Positions 49,279 through 63,450 of a stretch of 64,000 nucleotides of DNA are shown here, piece after piece. The notes below the pieces were generated by a model. It saw nothing but the letters and a program-made list of their open reading frames with translations, was not told the origin of the DNA and searched no databases. Source of the DNA: Azolla caroliniana. Taxonomy: Eukaryota > Plantae > Polypodiophyta. Position 1 is the stretch's first letter. Every line of letters starts with the position of its first letter. The DNA is taken from the NCBI GenBank assembly GCA_043228905.1, contig JBHGNT010000002.1:10416001-10480000 (forward strand). Reading direction: 5' to 3'. The position numbers and the translations under genes were made by a program.

Positions 49279-50516
49279 ATGCAAATTTCCTTCATATATT
49301 TTCTCTTATATTCATGTATAAGAGGTTATTTAATTTCTTTTTCTTATGAGTTATGGATCATTCAGTTAAAAATAAAGTTGAGTCATGGAATATCGTTACT
49401 AAACCTAGGATGGTATTTATATGTCTAGTCCAAACTATGGTAGCTTACATTCTTTCCTCACCTGAATGAGAGAGAGATGTTGAGGTAGAAATATACAAAC
49501 TGAAGATGTCTTTGACTAAACACATTGATCTAAAATGCTATTTTACATCAACAAAAATATGTTTAAGGTTTAAGAATCAACAAAGACACAATAAATGTGA
49601 AAGAAGGGAATGATGACTTCCTACATGTCGGTTTAGAGCCCCCGACCACCAACATATTGCAAAACAAAGATGTCACAAAAAAGATGTGGTGTCTTATAAC
49701 TTTACCCATAAGACATTCTCGCAACCAACACAATTTTTCAATACAAACATTAGAGTGCCGTTTTGGCTTTTACCCATCTCTTTCCATTTTTTGTAATTTG
49801 GGTGGAATCATGTTTACATCTGCACAAAGGTTGGAACACATTTCATCAAGCAAATGTTGTGCATATTGGTTTATGGCATAAATGATTAAGTATACCTTCT
49901 CCATCACGATGTAGAATCTCATTCCACTCTTGAACAAGAGCACAATAGAAACAAAAGACATGCATGCAAAGGTCCATAAGGCATCCACCCTAAAAAGCCC
50001 CCAGAGAAAGGAAATCTTATGTGAATTTAAGACACGTCAAATATTGTGTAACCAAAGGAACAAGACACTAACCTCGATATTATATTGCTCACGTAACTTT
50101 CTTCTATAATAAGAAGTATAGCAAAAACAACTTAGCACCAATGAGTAGGTCATGCAGTCATTACATGTGTCCTCGGAAGCTGTTGATTCAAGAATGAAAT
50201 GTTAATTGACGATCAAATTAACCACTTAGGATGTATCACAAAATCCACTAACATAAGTTCAAATCTAGGTAGCAAGTACATTGGTCTTATGGGCTAGTGG
50301 TAATGACATTAGACTTTGAATCCAATAATCTGTGTTCATTAGACTAACATTATGGTGTGTGAATCTTATTACTAAAACATTTTATTCGTATAATGGTGTA
50401 TGAGCAATTTCTTGTCATACTAAGATCCAATTGTCTCATGGTCTAGCATATGGATACTTGACACTAAACATAGTATCTCATTAGGGAAAATCTTCATTAC
50501 CAAATTATTATTAATT

Positions 50517-50586
50517 GGTCTTATGGCTAGTGGTAAGGATATTGGACTTCAAATTTTATGACTTAGTTCAAATTGTGGTAGGACCT
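50517..50586 (+). pseudogene. tRNA-Gln pseudogene copy
   Basis: Acceptor stem GGTCTTA/TAGGACC, A box and GTTCAAAT B box present; anticodon arm degenerate. Confidence 0.7.
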
Positions 50587-51733
50587 TTTCCTTTGGTCTC
50601 TTGAAATTTAGTACAAAAGCAAATTTATTGATGTTATTGCATCCTTTATGGTCTAGTGGTAAGGACATTGAACTCTAATAAGACCTTCAACATTCAAAAT
50701 TTTCCTTAATGAATGTTATTACTAAAACGTTCCATAGGTATTGGATGTATGAATCTTCTTCGTAAAACATTTGATTATTAATACAGTGTATGACTAACTT
50801 TTATTCATAGAAAAGGACATTGGACAGAAATTCTAGTAATGTGAGTTCAAATGATTGATAGGACCTTTTTCTCTAAATGAATGTTATTATTGAAACATTT
50901 TATTGCCATTTAGTTGTATGAATCTTATTGGTTAAAAACTTGTATTTGGTCGTATGGTATAGTGGTAAGAACATTGGAATTTTGATTCAGTGACAACAAA
51001 TCAAAGCTCAATAGCAACTTTGTCTTTTGAAATTCACCTCAATGATTTTAGTTAATACTAAAACAAGTTATTATGGTGCATGAATAACTAATATTAAGGA
51101 CATTGAACTTTGAATCCAGTAACTTATTTCAAATCTCAATAAGACCTTCATCTCTCAAAATTTTCCCTACATGAGATAATGATTTGTAAGAGCAAAAGTT
51201 GAGGGTTCAAATTCCAGTTTCTCTTCTCTAGATTACATTGGTATGAATTGAACAAATAGTGAGAGGAAGTTGGACCATGGTGGGCCCATGCGTAAAAGTT
51301 TAAAAAATTGCTAAGTAATTATTTCTTGTCTGAGGAAAAGAGGCACGGTCAAATTTAATTGGATTGAAAGATCCACGTTTGGTTGGAAGAAGACCATTTA
51401 TCTTTGAGGATTGAAGGTATATGATTAGACCAATTTTGCATAATGAACTTTATTATTGAGACAATTGGTCTTATGGTCTAGTGGTAAGGTGTAAAAGAAT
51501 ACGATTGCGGAAGCTAAGACAAAACCGGCTCATCCGGATAGCAACAGAATAAAGGCACAGGTTTAATGGAAACCTTACACAAGAGAGACAGAGTTAGAGC
51601 AAAACAGATAAAGCTCAATTCAATGCTCATAGAAGCGACTGACATTGACTCCCAAAAATATGCCTATGTGCTAGGCTAGATTCGTAGGCCTCTAATGGCC
51701 TACCAGTTCATTCTGATCTGGATTACAATACGG

Positions 51734-52441
51734 TGTCGAGGAAATCCTTATGTGTTCGTCAAATGAAACGGTACCACCGGGGTCCTGGACCGGAAGGATC
51801 CGACATTTAGCAACGTAAGCGAGAAAGTATTGAATATAGATAGATAGATGAAGAGAGAGATTGAACCCTTGACTTTAGTTTTACGAGACAAGATACATCA
51901 CCATTAGGATAACTCCGATCTTTGATTAAAAGTTTCTTTGTTTACTTACATCACTTGCCTCCCTTACACAAGCCCAACTATAGGCTTTTATAGGTCTCTC
52001 CATGCAAAAAACATGGGCTAAACCCACAGGCTAAAACCATGGTTTTGTGCCCACGGTTTCTATATATTTGCTTCCTACAAAATACTGAATATGAAAAAGA
52101 AAATATACAAATTCTAAAGCACTCAGTAGTGGCTTTAGTGGTAAGTTAATTTGTCTCCTATCTTGGAGTTGCAAGGTTCAAGCCTTGCTTCCACCCCTAT
52201 GTATGCTCTTAGATGTTATTAGGCTTTAGTCTTATTTTTATATTTACAATTGAGCGCACATCACACGTGCACATGTTTAACTTTACACCTAGATTTTCTT
52301 TTACGATTCTCATTTCAATCCTATTTACAACATGCTAGCATATGCATGTGGCCTTCACCCCTTTCACACGTGTACATTACACCTTCTCAATTTCGTTTGT
52401 TGCACACAATTTTCATACCATTGCCGAAAATCTTCACGACA
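51734..52441 (-). mobile_element. Probable solo LTR inside the Copia 3' LTR
   Basis: TGTCGAGG..TTCACGACA inverted termini; TATAAAA on the minus strand at ~51990; interrupts sequence homologous to the 22063 LTR family; TSD unclear. Confidence 0.7.
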
Positions 52442-54864
52442 TCGGCTCTCTGATCCGGCTCTTGCTTCCGGTCACTAATATGGTTCTTCAATCCGGCTCT
52501 GGCTTATTCAGCCGATCCGGATCCGGATCCGGTTGAGCTTGTCCGCTCAATACTCCCCCTCAAGCTCAACTTGAGGTCGGATTGTGGTGTCAGTATGTGG
52601 TAGCCTATCCTCTCCTCCAGCTCCCCATGGTGTCCTCCCGCCTGGCTCACGCACCTCATCCAGTCCAGTTCGGTTTCCCGCAACTCATTCGGTTCCGCGC
52701 ATCTCAACCTTCTCGGTCAGCTTGTCTGCTCCCTCGGCCCTCGGCCATCAAATAATTTGGCTCTTCCAAATCAAACATCTCAACCAAATCGGTTGTCTCC
52801 AATTCGTTCCAGTTCTTGTCCAAGTTGGTTGTCTCTAACTCGTCCCCAATCTTCAAACCCTTCACGACATTAGACCACGTCCGTGCCTCGGTCTTCCGGC
52901 TTTGCCTCCCCCTTTTTCAGTTGGCTCCGGCTTGGGCTTTCCGTTCAGATGGGTCCCCCTACGTCCGGTCTCGGCTTCTTCAGTCAACCTGTGCACTCCG
53001 ACTTCTTCAGTCGAGCCAAAATCGAAATCAATATTTGGCTTTTCAGTTCGGCCATCTCTGTCATTTCTCCCCCTCAAGTTTGGCATATCGAGGTACTGCA
53101 CACCTACTGCTCCGGAGAATTGCTACAACTTGTCTAAGCCTAGGGGTTTGGTGAAGATATCGGCAATCTACCGATTTGTAGGAACATGTAGGAGTGCCAC
53201 TTCACCGGAGAGAACTCACTCACGAACAAGACGGGGTTCATAACCAACTGGATGTTGTTGAGCTTATCGCAATAGATCATCGTTGGATCGGATACCTCCA
53301 CACGCAGATTCTTGAGTAGCCTTTTTAGCCATATGGCTTCGCACGTTGCAATAGTCGCTCCTCGGTACTTGGCCTCGGTGTTGGACAATGGTGCTTCCAA
53401 GTGAAAACGCATATCTGGATGTAGACCTGCGGTCGCCGGCATTTTCGGCCCGAATTCAATGCATGCATTGAAGGTGCTCCATGGTTGGATCTACTGTGAG
53501 TTGACTAATCAATCCGACCGGATAGCTGAGATCCGGTCGGGTGATGGTCAGATATATGAGGCTTTCAACTATCTATCATAACCTTGATGGGTCGCATGCC
53601 GGTCCAAAGTCGGGGAGAAGCTTCACATTCCAGTCCAAAGGAGTCAAGACAGATTTTCATTCCGTCATACCGAATTTGAAGAGCATCCCGAATGTCGTTG
53701 GCTGATCAATATGCCTTCAGGGTTACGGACCACTTCGATCCCGAGGAAGTAATGAAGATCCCGCGGCATCATTTCGAATGATGCCGCGAGCTGGGATTTG
53801 ACGCCGCTAATTTTGTCCAGGTTGGCGTCGGCGATGACAATAGAGCAATATGTTCACCGACTCGTTCCGACCTTGCCGGATGAAGAGTGACAGTCCAATT
53901 TCGATGGAGCAAACCCCATCCGACGCAGTCTCTGCGTGATCTTAGCCTTTCAGGCGCGCGGGTCTTGCTTGAGTCCGTAAAGGGACTTCTTCAGTCGGCA
54001 AACGGCCGACATGTTCATTCCGGACTGAAATCCGGGGGGTGAACCATATACACCTGCTCCTGAAGATCAACTTGTAGGAACACGTTCTTTACATCCATTT
54101 AATGTAGATGCCACCCTTTCATTGCCACCACAGCAAGCAAGACACCGACGATCATCATCTTTGCGACCGGCTCGAATGTCTCATCATAGTTGATGTCGTG
54201 CTGTTGCGCGTAGCCCTTTGCCACTAATTGGGCCTTGTACCAGTTGACAAAGCCATCGGTGTTGTATTTGACTTTGTATACCCACCGGCAACTGATCACT
54301 CCTTTCGGTACGTCCACCAAGCCCCACATCTCATTCTCCGAGAGCGCGTGCATCTCTTCCTCCATGGCCTTCTACTAATTCGGATCCTTAGCCACCTGCG
54401 CCATGCCATGTACACATAATGATGCGCCATATACTCATTGTACCCGTACCTCTTTACGGGGGTTTTCTGGCGGGTAGATCGGCGCAATTCCTTATTCGCC
54501 GATTTCATGGCCTTTTCGGCCAATTTCGACCCCTTCTTCGGAGATTCATTTTCGGTTCTGTCGTAGTCACATTCGTTCTGATCCGACTTGGTTCGACTGT
54601 GTCGTACTCCAGCATCTTCTTCTTCCCCTTTTCTTTGCGCGTCAACCGTCTCCTCGGTTCCTTGTGCAGGGAGAGCACGGCCGAGTCTTCACTACTCACA
54701 GGCTCGTCATCCGGTTGACCATTCTAACTTAACTAGCCTGAATTTGATCGACTCATCCGGAGAGAAGTCGGATTATCCGGCTATTCGGATTCCGCGACGT
54801 TTCTCTCTGTTTTGGATTCCACCAGATAATCAACAGCAATCGACTCGGACTTGGGTGGAGAAAG

Positions 54865-55612
54865 TGTTAGGAAACATGTCCCTCCTGATGGGAAGAGAAG
54901 GACTGAGCACGGATTGCTTGACCGGTAAGCAGAACCAAACATCCTTCCGAACAAGGCCCCCGATGAGGAAGAAAATGGTGTTGGAACTCGTGCATATGGA
55001 TGTATGCTATGTGGACACGAAGTCGCATGGTGGTTCGTAGTATTTCGTGAGCTTCATTGATGATTGTAGCCAGAAGTTGTGGGCTTCCGTGCTGAAGACG
55101 AAGGATCAAATGTTATCCATCTTCAAAGAGTTCCAAGCAAGGGCCGAGAGAGAAACCAGCCGAAAACTAAAGGCAATCCGAGTGGATAATGGCGAAGAGT
55201 ATCATGGACCGTTTGAGGAATACTGCCGAAATCAAAGAATCCAGCTCGAATATACAATGTCGAAGACTCCAAAGCTTAATGGGTTGGCCGAGAGAATGAA
55301 CCGGACCGTAATGGAAAGGGTCCGAAGTTACCGAAGACGTTCTGGGCTAAGGCACTGATGACGGCAGCGTACGTGATAAAAACCCTCAGTACCCTTGGAC
55401 GCCGGAAAGCTTTGAAGAAACTAAGGAAGATCCCCACAACCGAAAGTGATTTAGTGCCATGCAAGAGGAGATGGATTCCTTGCATGAGAACCACACATAT
55501 GAATTGACCGAACTACCGAGAGGAAAGAAGGCACTTTGGAATAAATGGGTATACAAGTTGAAACCGGGAGATGGTGGAAATCCACCCAAGTACAAAGCAC
55601 GAATCGTCATGA
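54865..55612 (+). mobile_element. Multiply deleted Copia remnant (LTR stub, INT pieces, RT start)
   Basis: TGTTAGGAAACATGTCCCTCC..GGGAAGAGAAGGAC as at 14439/15608; LELVHMDVC, NGLAERMNRT, NKWVYKLK. Confidence 0.8.
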
Positions 55613-56715
55613 AACCGATGTGCTCGATGGTATGCGGGGTGTGGTCTCCGGTTTCGCTCACCCCCGGTTGTTCCGGTTTTTCTAGATAAGCAAACCACTC
55701 CTTGTGGCTTGTCATGTGATTTGAGGCTCCGGAATCAACGTACCATACCTCATTTGATTTCAGGGTGCTTGCCTTCATCGAATTAGCCTTGTGTTTCATC
55801 ACAAAGGTTGGGCCCAATCCATCTCCGGAACCGGATCCTTCCGGTCCTTCCACATAGTGTGAGCTTTGCTGGCAAGGCCGAATCCGAATTTGTCTAAATC
55901 AGCACTCTTTTTCCAGCACTCGCTCTCTCTGTGGCCCTTCCGGCCACAATACCAACATTCCGTTGCGGTCTTCTCTTGCTGGTTTCTGGCGCCACTTTGA
56001 CTCCCCCTGTTTCCGGAGGGTCCGGAACTGTTGTTGGCACCATCCTTGTGCCTTCGGTTCAACTCTTGTCAACCGCTTCCACCGCGTGCCGATCCGCCGC
56101 CATGTACAACCATCTTTTTGTTGGTGTGCATGGTCGTTGAAGCACCTGCGTGGTTCTCCTTACTAGGAGCATCGAATGTAAGTCGAAAAATGAGGGCGTA
56201 TTCTCCCTTGTACATACCGCCGTCCAGAATGCTCCAAACTTAGACGCCAGGCCACCGAGACAAACCTACACCATCTCATCTTCCTCGACAGTTACGTTGA
56301 TAGAGGCAAGTGAGTCACAGATGTCTTTGATCCAACCAACTTCTGGGTCGTGGTGCTTGCGGCGAAAAGCTTTTTCATGTTTCTCCAAGCTTCCTTCGGC
56401 GTCTTGGCGTCCCGGATATGGCTCAACAGTTGATCTCTGACACTGGAGGCAAAGCAGTACATAACTCTGCTTGCCGGTTGAGTTTGTCCACTCAACATAA
56501 GGACTTCGGACTTTGAATCCAATAACTTGAGTCCAAATATTGGTGAGACCTTGTTTCTCAAAACTCACCTAGATGAGTGTCAATATTGAACCATGGTATT
56601 ATGGTGTATGGATAAGTAATGGTAAGGACATTAGACTCAAAAACCAATAACCTACTCAATTTCAAATCTCGGTAGGACCTTCATTTGGCAAATTAACTTT
56701 ATTATGAAGACAATT

Positions 56716-56787
56716 GGTCTTATGGTCTGATAATAAGGACATTGGTCTTTGAATCCAGTAATGTGAGTTTAAACCTTGGTAGAACCC
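56716..56787 (+). pseudogene. tRNA-Gln(TTG) pseudogene copy, full length
   Basis: GGTCTTATGGTCTGATAATAAGGACATTGGTCTTTGAATCCAGTAATGTGAGTTTAAACCTTGGTAGAACCC; anticodon loop CTTTGAA; D-loop GG and T-loop C mutated. Confidence 0.75.
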
Positions 56788-57919
56788 TTGATCTTTCAAG
56801 TATTGTCTAAAAAATATTAACACAACTTCAATGCATATGTTCTAGTGGTAGAGACATTAGACTTTGAATCTAATAACCCAAGTTCAAATCTAGTAGAACC
56901 CTTGTATTTTGAAACTCTCATTGATAAGTACTAATGCTTAAACATGGTATTATGGTGACATTTGGACCTTTCGTCTCTCAATACTTTGCACATTAGTTTC
57001 TTTTCCTTATTTTTTGCCTCCACCATGTACAAACTACTAGAGCCATATGCTTCTAGCGATCCTCGTACAGTTCCAAAGGGGGGGTTGAGATTGCATGACA
57101 TGTAAACCTATCCTCATTAACCGATTTTATAGGGAAATAATTCCTTTATTGTGGCAATAAGTAAAATTGCTAAACAACTAATTGGTACAACGATAACCAT
57201 ATCTAGAATAGTTGTTGAAAGATATATTAGGACTACATGGGAGTATTCAATATACATGGAATTTTTGTTCAACAACGATGAAAGAATGAGATATGTATCT
57301 ATATATTTTTAAAGAAAATCCCAAGGGTTTATTGATGCGACACAAAGACGACAAATTTCTGGAAGAAGAGAGAGATTTACGCACCTTCTGAACAATCAAG
57401 TAACAAAATGTCTTATCTTAGGTCAATATGGATATGTCGAAACACAGGAAGTTATAAGAAATGTGGAATTGCTCCAAGGAGGGGAGAAATAAATACAACA
57501 AAGAGCTTAATGAAAATGGTCTAATGGTATGGACATTAGGTTGTAAATTCAATCACTTGAGCTCAAATCTTGGTAAGACCTTTGTTGTTTGTCTACATGA
57601 GTGTTAATTTTTAATACTAAAACATGGTATTATGGTGTATGGATAAGTATATAATTGTTAGGAGATAGGATTTTGAAACTAGTAATTGGAGCTAAAACCT
57701 TGGAGGGACCCTTTTCTTTCAAAATTTGCCTAATGTATTGATGACTAATGGTAAGGACATTGGACTTTGAATAGAGGTGACGTGATGTGGAATCCCAATA
57801 GGACCTTCATTTTTTAATGTTTTGCATTGAAACAATTGGTCTAGTGGTAAGGGCATTGGACTTTAAATCTAGTAACCCGAGCTTAAGCTTCAATGGGACC
57901 CTTATCTTTCAAAACTCAC

Positions 57920-60900
57920 TTTTTTTTTTCTTTTTACTTTTTTCCTTGAAAATTTTCTTCAATAGTATTACAAAACTTCAGAAGACTACAAGTTGAAGTT
58001 ATCTGTCCAGAGCCTTACAATGTAAAATAAAAGACATTGTATGTACACCAAAACTAGTACATACAAAAACAACTTATAAAGGGGTGTTGAACCTTGATAC
58101 GGTACATTACCATGATGTAGTGATGTTCAAGAAAGGGTCCATGGAAGTTGATAGTTCCATTGAGGCCCTTGATTTGGCACTACAAAGAGGGCCAACTTCC
58201 TCCATAAGTGAAGAAGATTCGTCCTTCTCTTATGAACATTTTCTGGAGAACCATATATATTATCATACTGCCCATGGACTACTATCAGCAATGTTTCCCA
58301 TATCTCAAGCAGTACATCTAAAGTACCAAGATTTGTTGCATCATAAAGTCGACTACATCTACATTTCCATAATACACATAATGTTACCGCAGTCACAATT
58401 TTCCAAACCTGGACAGATCACACCTGCTTTCGAAGTTGTTGAAATGGAATAACTGATATCAAGCTTCTATTGTGTACCGTCATGGCCTCTTGAATATCGT
58501 CTGCCTCATACAACATCAAGCTGGAATGTAAAACTCCCCACACCGTTTCTTCCCATGAGAACAAGCAACCAACATTGATTTTAGGAATAAAGGAAGAACT
58601 TTATTCCATACTTGCTGAGCCAAGGGACAAGACTAGAGGGCATGCTTACTAGTCTCGTGAGTGCATAGCAAAAGCCACATTGCCTAAGATTAGGTGTTAC
58701 CTAGATAGAATCTAGTTAGAAGTGTTGACTATAACTACTTAAATAGGACCTTGTACTTAAGTGGGATATTCTAGATCCTCCACTCCCAAGTACATTTAAT
58801 ATAGGACTTACACCTTTGTACCTATATTCTCCTCACACATGTGCACCCTTGCACATGAGATCTATATATACCTCATTGTACGTATTTTTGTATTTGATGA
58901 TGCTTTCTAATGTAGCTAATCATCCCCCATCTTGTCTCATTGTTCATAAGTGTTAAATTCCTCTCTCTCTTCCTCTCACACACATACACATACATATCAC
59001 TTAATCTTCTGCTTAACTTAATCATATAATTAGGTACTAATTAACTCTTGCTTAATTACCTAATTCTTAACATGGTATCAAAGCGTGTGGTTTAGAAAAT
59101 CCACTAAGCCCACCCGACTCCGTGATTGTGTGTTCGAGACGCCGATGACATAATCCGGCTATCGGCTACCGTAGTGTCACTACGTAGCATGTGTGTGTGA
59201 TCAAAGGAAGAAAAGCAAAAGAAGAGAAGATACTAATCAACATGAACACATAATTGGGTAGCTCGCTCCCTAGTGAAAAGCTAGACCGGAGCAATTATTC
59301 ATCTTGGGAGTACAAGATGAACCAATACCTTGTCGGTCAAGGGTATTGGAGCTACATCAACGGCGCACAAGAAAATCGACCTGACCCAAAGAACGCCAAC
59401 TACTCAACATGGGAGCAAGCGGCGAGTCGAGTCATGTATTGCTTGGCAATGTATGTCCACGACCACATGCTTAGCCACATTCGAGACGCCAAGATGCCTA
59501 AAGAAGTGTGGGCGAGCTTAAAGAAAATGTTCACCGCGAACCCAACCACCCATAAAGCTTCAACTCCGACAAGAGTTGAACAACATTCGGCAAGAAGATA
59601 TGTCTGTGTCGGACTACACTGCCAAGATCAAGAGCATTTGCGACTCACTTGGCTCCATCAACATAAACGTCGACGAAGACGACATGGTTCAAGTATGCTT
59701 GGGCAACCTCACACAACAATTCGACTCGTTAAATGCAGGAATCTTAACAAGGGAAAACCCTCCTTCATTCTTCGACCTTCAATCAATGCTATTGGTTGAA
59801 GAGAACCATGTCCGAACCAAAAGCAAGACGTCAAAAGGACAAATTTTTTTCTCGAATTCGGATGGTTGCTGAGGATGAGGTCGAGCAGGTAGAAGAGGTC
59901 AATTTGACCCATCACACGAAGGGAATTCAAACCTTTGACAACAAGACGAAAGCCATTGAGGAACCTTCGTAAGAAGGGGGAGCTTCCATGCCGAACAAGG
60001 CCGGAAAACGTGACCCAATGCTTGTAATTATTGTGGCAAAATCAGCCACCGCGAAGAGGAGTGTCGGAAAAAGAGAAGTGAGTTAGCTTTGACTAGTTGA
60101 CAACTCACAAACTACGCCAACAACTCTGAATACGATGACTACGGTGGTCAATTCGTAATGAGACATAGAGCGAACTCTATGACGACCTCCAACTCCACAA
60201 GCACCCCCAACTCGGAAGACGTGTGGTTCGTCGACTCTGACACCTCACATCATATGACATCACACCAAGAATGGTTTCACAACTTAAAAACGTCGGATTG
60301 ACCCGGCTTCATAGAGACGGGAGACGACACCACACATCCCATTCGACACATCAGCAATGTCCCATTTAGGAAAGAAGGCGAGCAAACTTGCATCAAGGAT
60401 GTATTGCACATGCCCACAATCACAAAGAATTTGGTCTCAGTCGGCCAAATCATGGAGCAAGGCATGCAAGTCCGCTTCAACAACAAAGGTTGTTTCATCG
60501 AGGAAGATGGTCGACTCATAGCCAAGGGACGGAGAGACGGTTTCATGTTCATTCTCGATTCGAACGAGGTGAAGTCAGCCATGTCTGCCAAGGTCTCAAA
60601 ACCGAGACAAGCATCGAGTTGTGGCACAAGAGAATCGGCCACATAAACCTCCAACGGCTTTGAGCTATGCAAACAATGGGAGTCGTCATCGGACTTCCGA
60701 CATTCGAGTCAAAACGAGTCGACCGAGTATGCGAAGTGTGTCAACTCGACAAACAACATCAACTCCCATTCCCGAAGGAGGGCTCCACAAGCAAAGGCCT
60801 CCTCGACGTCATACATTCAGATGTATGGGGACTGGCTCAAATGCCAACAATCGGCGGATGCCGATACTATGTCACCTTCATCGACGACTACTCCCATTAC

Positions 60901-62600
60901 ACATGGATCTTTCCGATGAAGAAGAAGAGCGAAGTGCTCTCCCACTTCCAAAAGCTCAAGGGCCAAGTCAAAAATGAAACCAATTGGCACATTGGATACC
61001 TACTATCGGATGGAGGCAAGGAGTACTTCTCCGACGAGTTCACCTCCTACGTCCAAAGTGAAGGCATTCGGAGAGAATTGTCATGCCGACACACACCCCA
61101 ACAAAATGGAGTCGCCGAAAGGAAGACTCTGTACATACTCAAGGTAGCAAGCACTATGATGCATGAGAAGCACATGCCGAACTTCTATTGGGCCGAAGCG
61201 GCATCCACGACCGTCTATCTCATGAATCGATGCACCACTAATGGAGTGCATGAGCTAACTCCATATGAGCTCCTTGTCAGAAGGAAGCCAATCTTGCCGC
61301 ACCTCAAGGTGTTCAGAAGCATTGTGAATGTACGCATCCCACATGAAAACCTATAGAAGCCTGACGCGAAGTCGGAGGAACATGTATCCTCGTAGGCATA
61401 CATAGCGGTTCGGGTGAGTCGAGACGTAGTCTTCGACGAATGGGCATCATGGTATAAGCCTGAGTCGACTCCACCCGACCCGACCGACGAAGAGTTGAAC
61501 ATCAACTCAGAGGATGATATTCGGCCAAGCCCTTCACCAAAGGACCGTCCAAGCTCAATAGAGCTAAGTGGACCACATGAGCCTTCAAGCCTTCCAAGTA
61601 CATCGCGGCCAAGTACGACCTTGGACAAAGGCAAAGGTAAGATGCCCGAATATGAAGTCGACCACCCTGACAACAGTGATTCAGATGTGTCGACTCCCTC
61701 ACTAGACAATGAGTTTGGTGTACCCATCATGCGAACACCCGGAGTAAAGAAGGCGCTCACATCAGCGAGCGAAAAAGTTTGACGCTCTTCTCGAGAGAAG
61801 AATCTCGTCGCTCGGCTTGACTACAACGAGTACATTGCCCATCATTATGCCTTCGCAATGAAGGTAGCGGCAGAACAAGAGCCCGAGAGCTCTAAAGAAG
61901 TGGCTCGTGACCCACGATGGGTGAAAGCAGTTCACCCAAGCCTTCATCACAGGCTTGATGGGGAGGAACCGAAATTGCTGCCACGAAAATGCCCACGCCG
62001 AAAGTCGCATAGAAGCCAACATCGAAAGCCGGACAACGCCGAAAGAAAAACCAGATGTCGGATGCCTCACACTTGAGCTTGAGGGGGCGTGTTGAGATAT
62101 CAAGCTCAACTAGAGTTAGTTAGTTAATCAACCATCTAACTTCATAGTTACCTAAATAGAATCTATTTAGAAATGTTGACTATAACTCCTTAAATAGGAC
62201 CTTGTACTTAAGTGGGATATTCTAGATCCTCCACTCCCAAGTACATTTAATATAGGACTTACACCTTTGTACCTATATTCTCCTCACACATGTGCACCCT
62301 TGCACATGAGATTTATATATACCTCATTGTACGTATTTTTGTATTTGATGATGCTTTCTAAAATAGTTAATCATCCCCCATCGTGTCTCGTTGTTCATAA
62401 GTGTTAAATTCCTCTCTCTCTTCCTCTCACACACATACACATACATATCACTTAATCTTCTACTTAACTTAATCACATAATTAGGTACTAATTAACTCTT
62501 GCTTAATTACCTAATTCTTAACACCTTTCAATGACTGGCCACATTGTTGATGCATTAACTTGGGTTCAAAAACAAGGTAGGATCCTTGCCTTTTGAAATC
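57920..62600 (-). mobile_element. 5'-truncated LINE on the minus strand, interrupted by the Copia at 58695-62523
   Basis: T-rich tail 57920-57945; VTLCVLWKCRCSRLY..LLEIWETL..HGQYD homologous to the other LINE C-termini; right boundary approximate. Confidence 0.7.
58695..62523 (+). mobile_element. Copia with RT/RNase H deleted (LTRs ~58695-59072 and 62090-62523)
   Basis: Highly similar LTRs; PBS TGGTATCAAAGC 59073-59084; gag GSSLPSEKLDRSNY; INT 60667-61356; jump at ~61930 from DPRWVKA to the end of pol; PPT TTGAGGGGG; 5' LTR lacks its first ~55 bp. Confidence 0.92.
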
Positions 62601-63450
62601 TTCAAAATTTGTATGAATAAATGTTAATAGGAAAATTTTGAAGTACGTTTGAATGAATGTTAACACTAAAGCATGGTATTATGGTGTATGGATAACTAAA
62701 AATGAGCACATTGGATTCTGAACCCAAAAGCCTAATTTCGAATGTTTGTGGGATGTTCATTTCAAAAATATTTGCATAATGAATATTATAGTCAACATGA
62801 ATGATCTTATGATCTAGAGGACCTTGAGTTATAATCTATGTGGGACCCTTGCCACGTATAATTCTAAAACATGGTATTATCACATATGGATAATTAAGGG
62901 TAAGGACATTGACTTAGAATCCAATAACTTGATTTCAAATCTTGTTAATACCTTGTTTAGTAACCTAAATTCAAATCTCTATAGGCCCTTGTCTTTCAAT
63001 ATATATCTAAGCGAATGTTATCACTAAAATACCTAATTGGTATTATGGTGTATGCAAATAAGTTTAATTCTAGGTAGGACTTTATCTCTTCAAATTTCAC
63101 ATGATAAATTTATTTTGAATCCATTACGTTGATCAAATCTTGATAGGACCTTCATATCTCAAACATCTCCAAAATGAATGTTAATACTAAAATATCTAAT
63201 TGGTATTATAGTGTTTCTATAGCTCATGGTATGGAAATTAAACTCTGAATCCTACATTTGGTCTAATGAATGTATCTTTAAACATCTTATGGTGTAACTT
63301 TTGTTTGATTTATACAAGATCGGATTGCCTCATGAACTAATGGTAAAGGCATTAAGACTTTGAATCTCAATAGGACTTTCATCTCTCAAATTTTCTAGAA
63401 ATGAATGTTATTAAAACATGTACTTGGTATGATGGCATATAAATCTCATT

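Larger units (their letters stand above)
51490..56497 (-). mobile_element. Decayed Copia (relative of 22063-27603) inserted inside a tRNA-Gln copy
   Basis: Perfect TSD TAAGG; 3' LTR 51490-52552; PPT 52553-52563; RH/RT ~53080-54450; PR WYVDSGASNHM; gag; only ~24 bp of the 5' LTR remain (56474-56497). Confidence 0.9.

Noticed and set aside
49280-50250. Possible host exon fragments (ORFs 49597-49881, 49770-49988)
   Set aside because: AT-rich, with no recognisable protein motif or convincing splice structure
56716-56901. Functional tRNA-Gln genes
   Set aside because: Even the best copies have mutated D-loop, T-loop or stems; called pseudogenes pending tRNAscan-SE
58690-58700. TSD for the 58695-62523 Copia
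   Set aside because: Flanks TTAGG and CCTTT differ; the 5' LTR start is deleted, which probably removed the left copy
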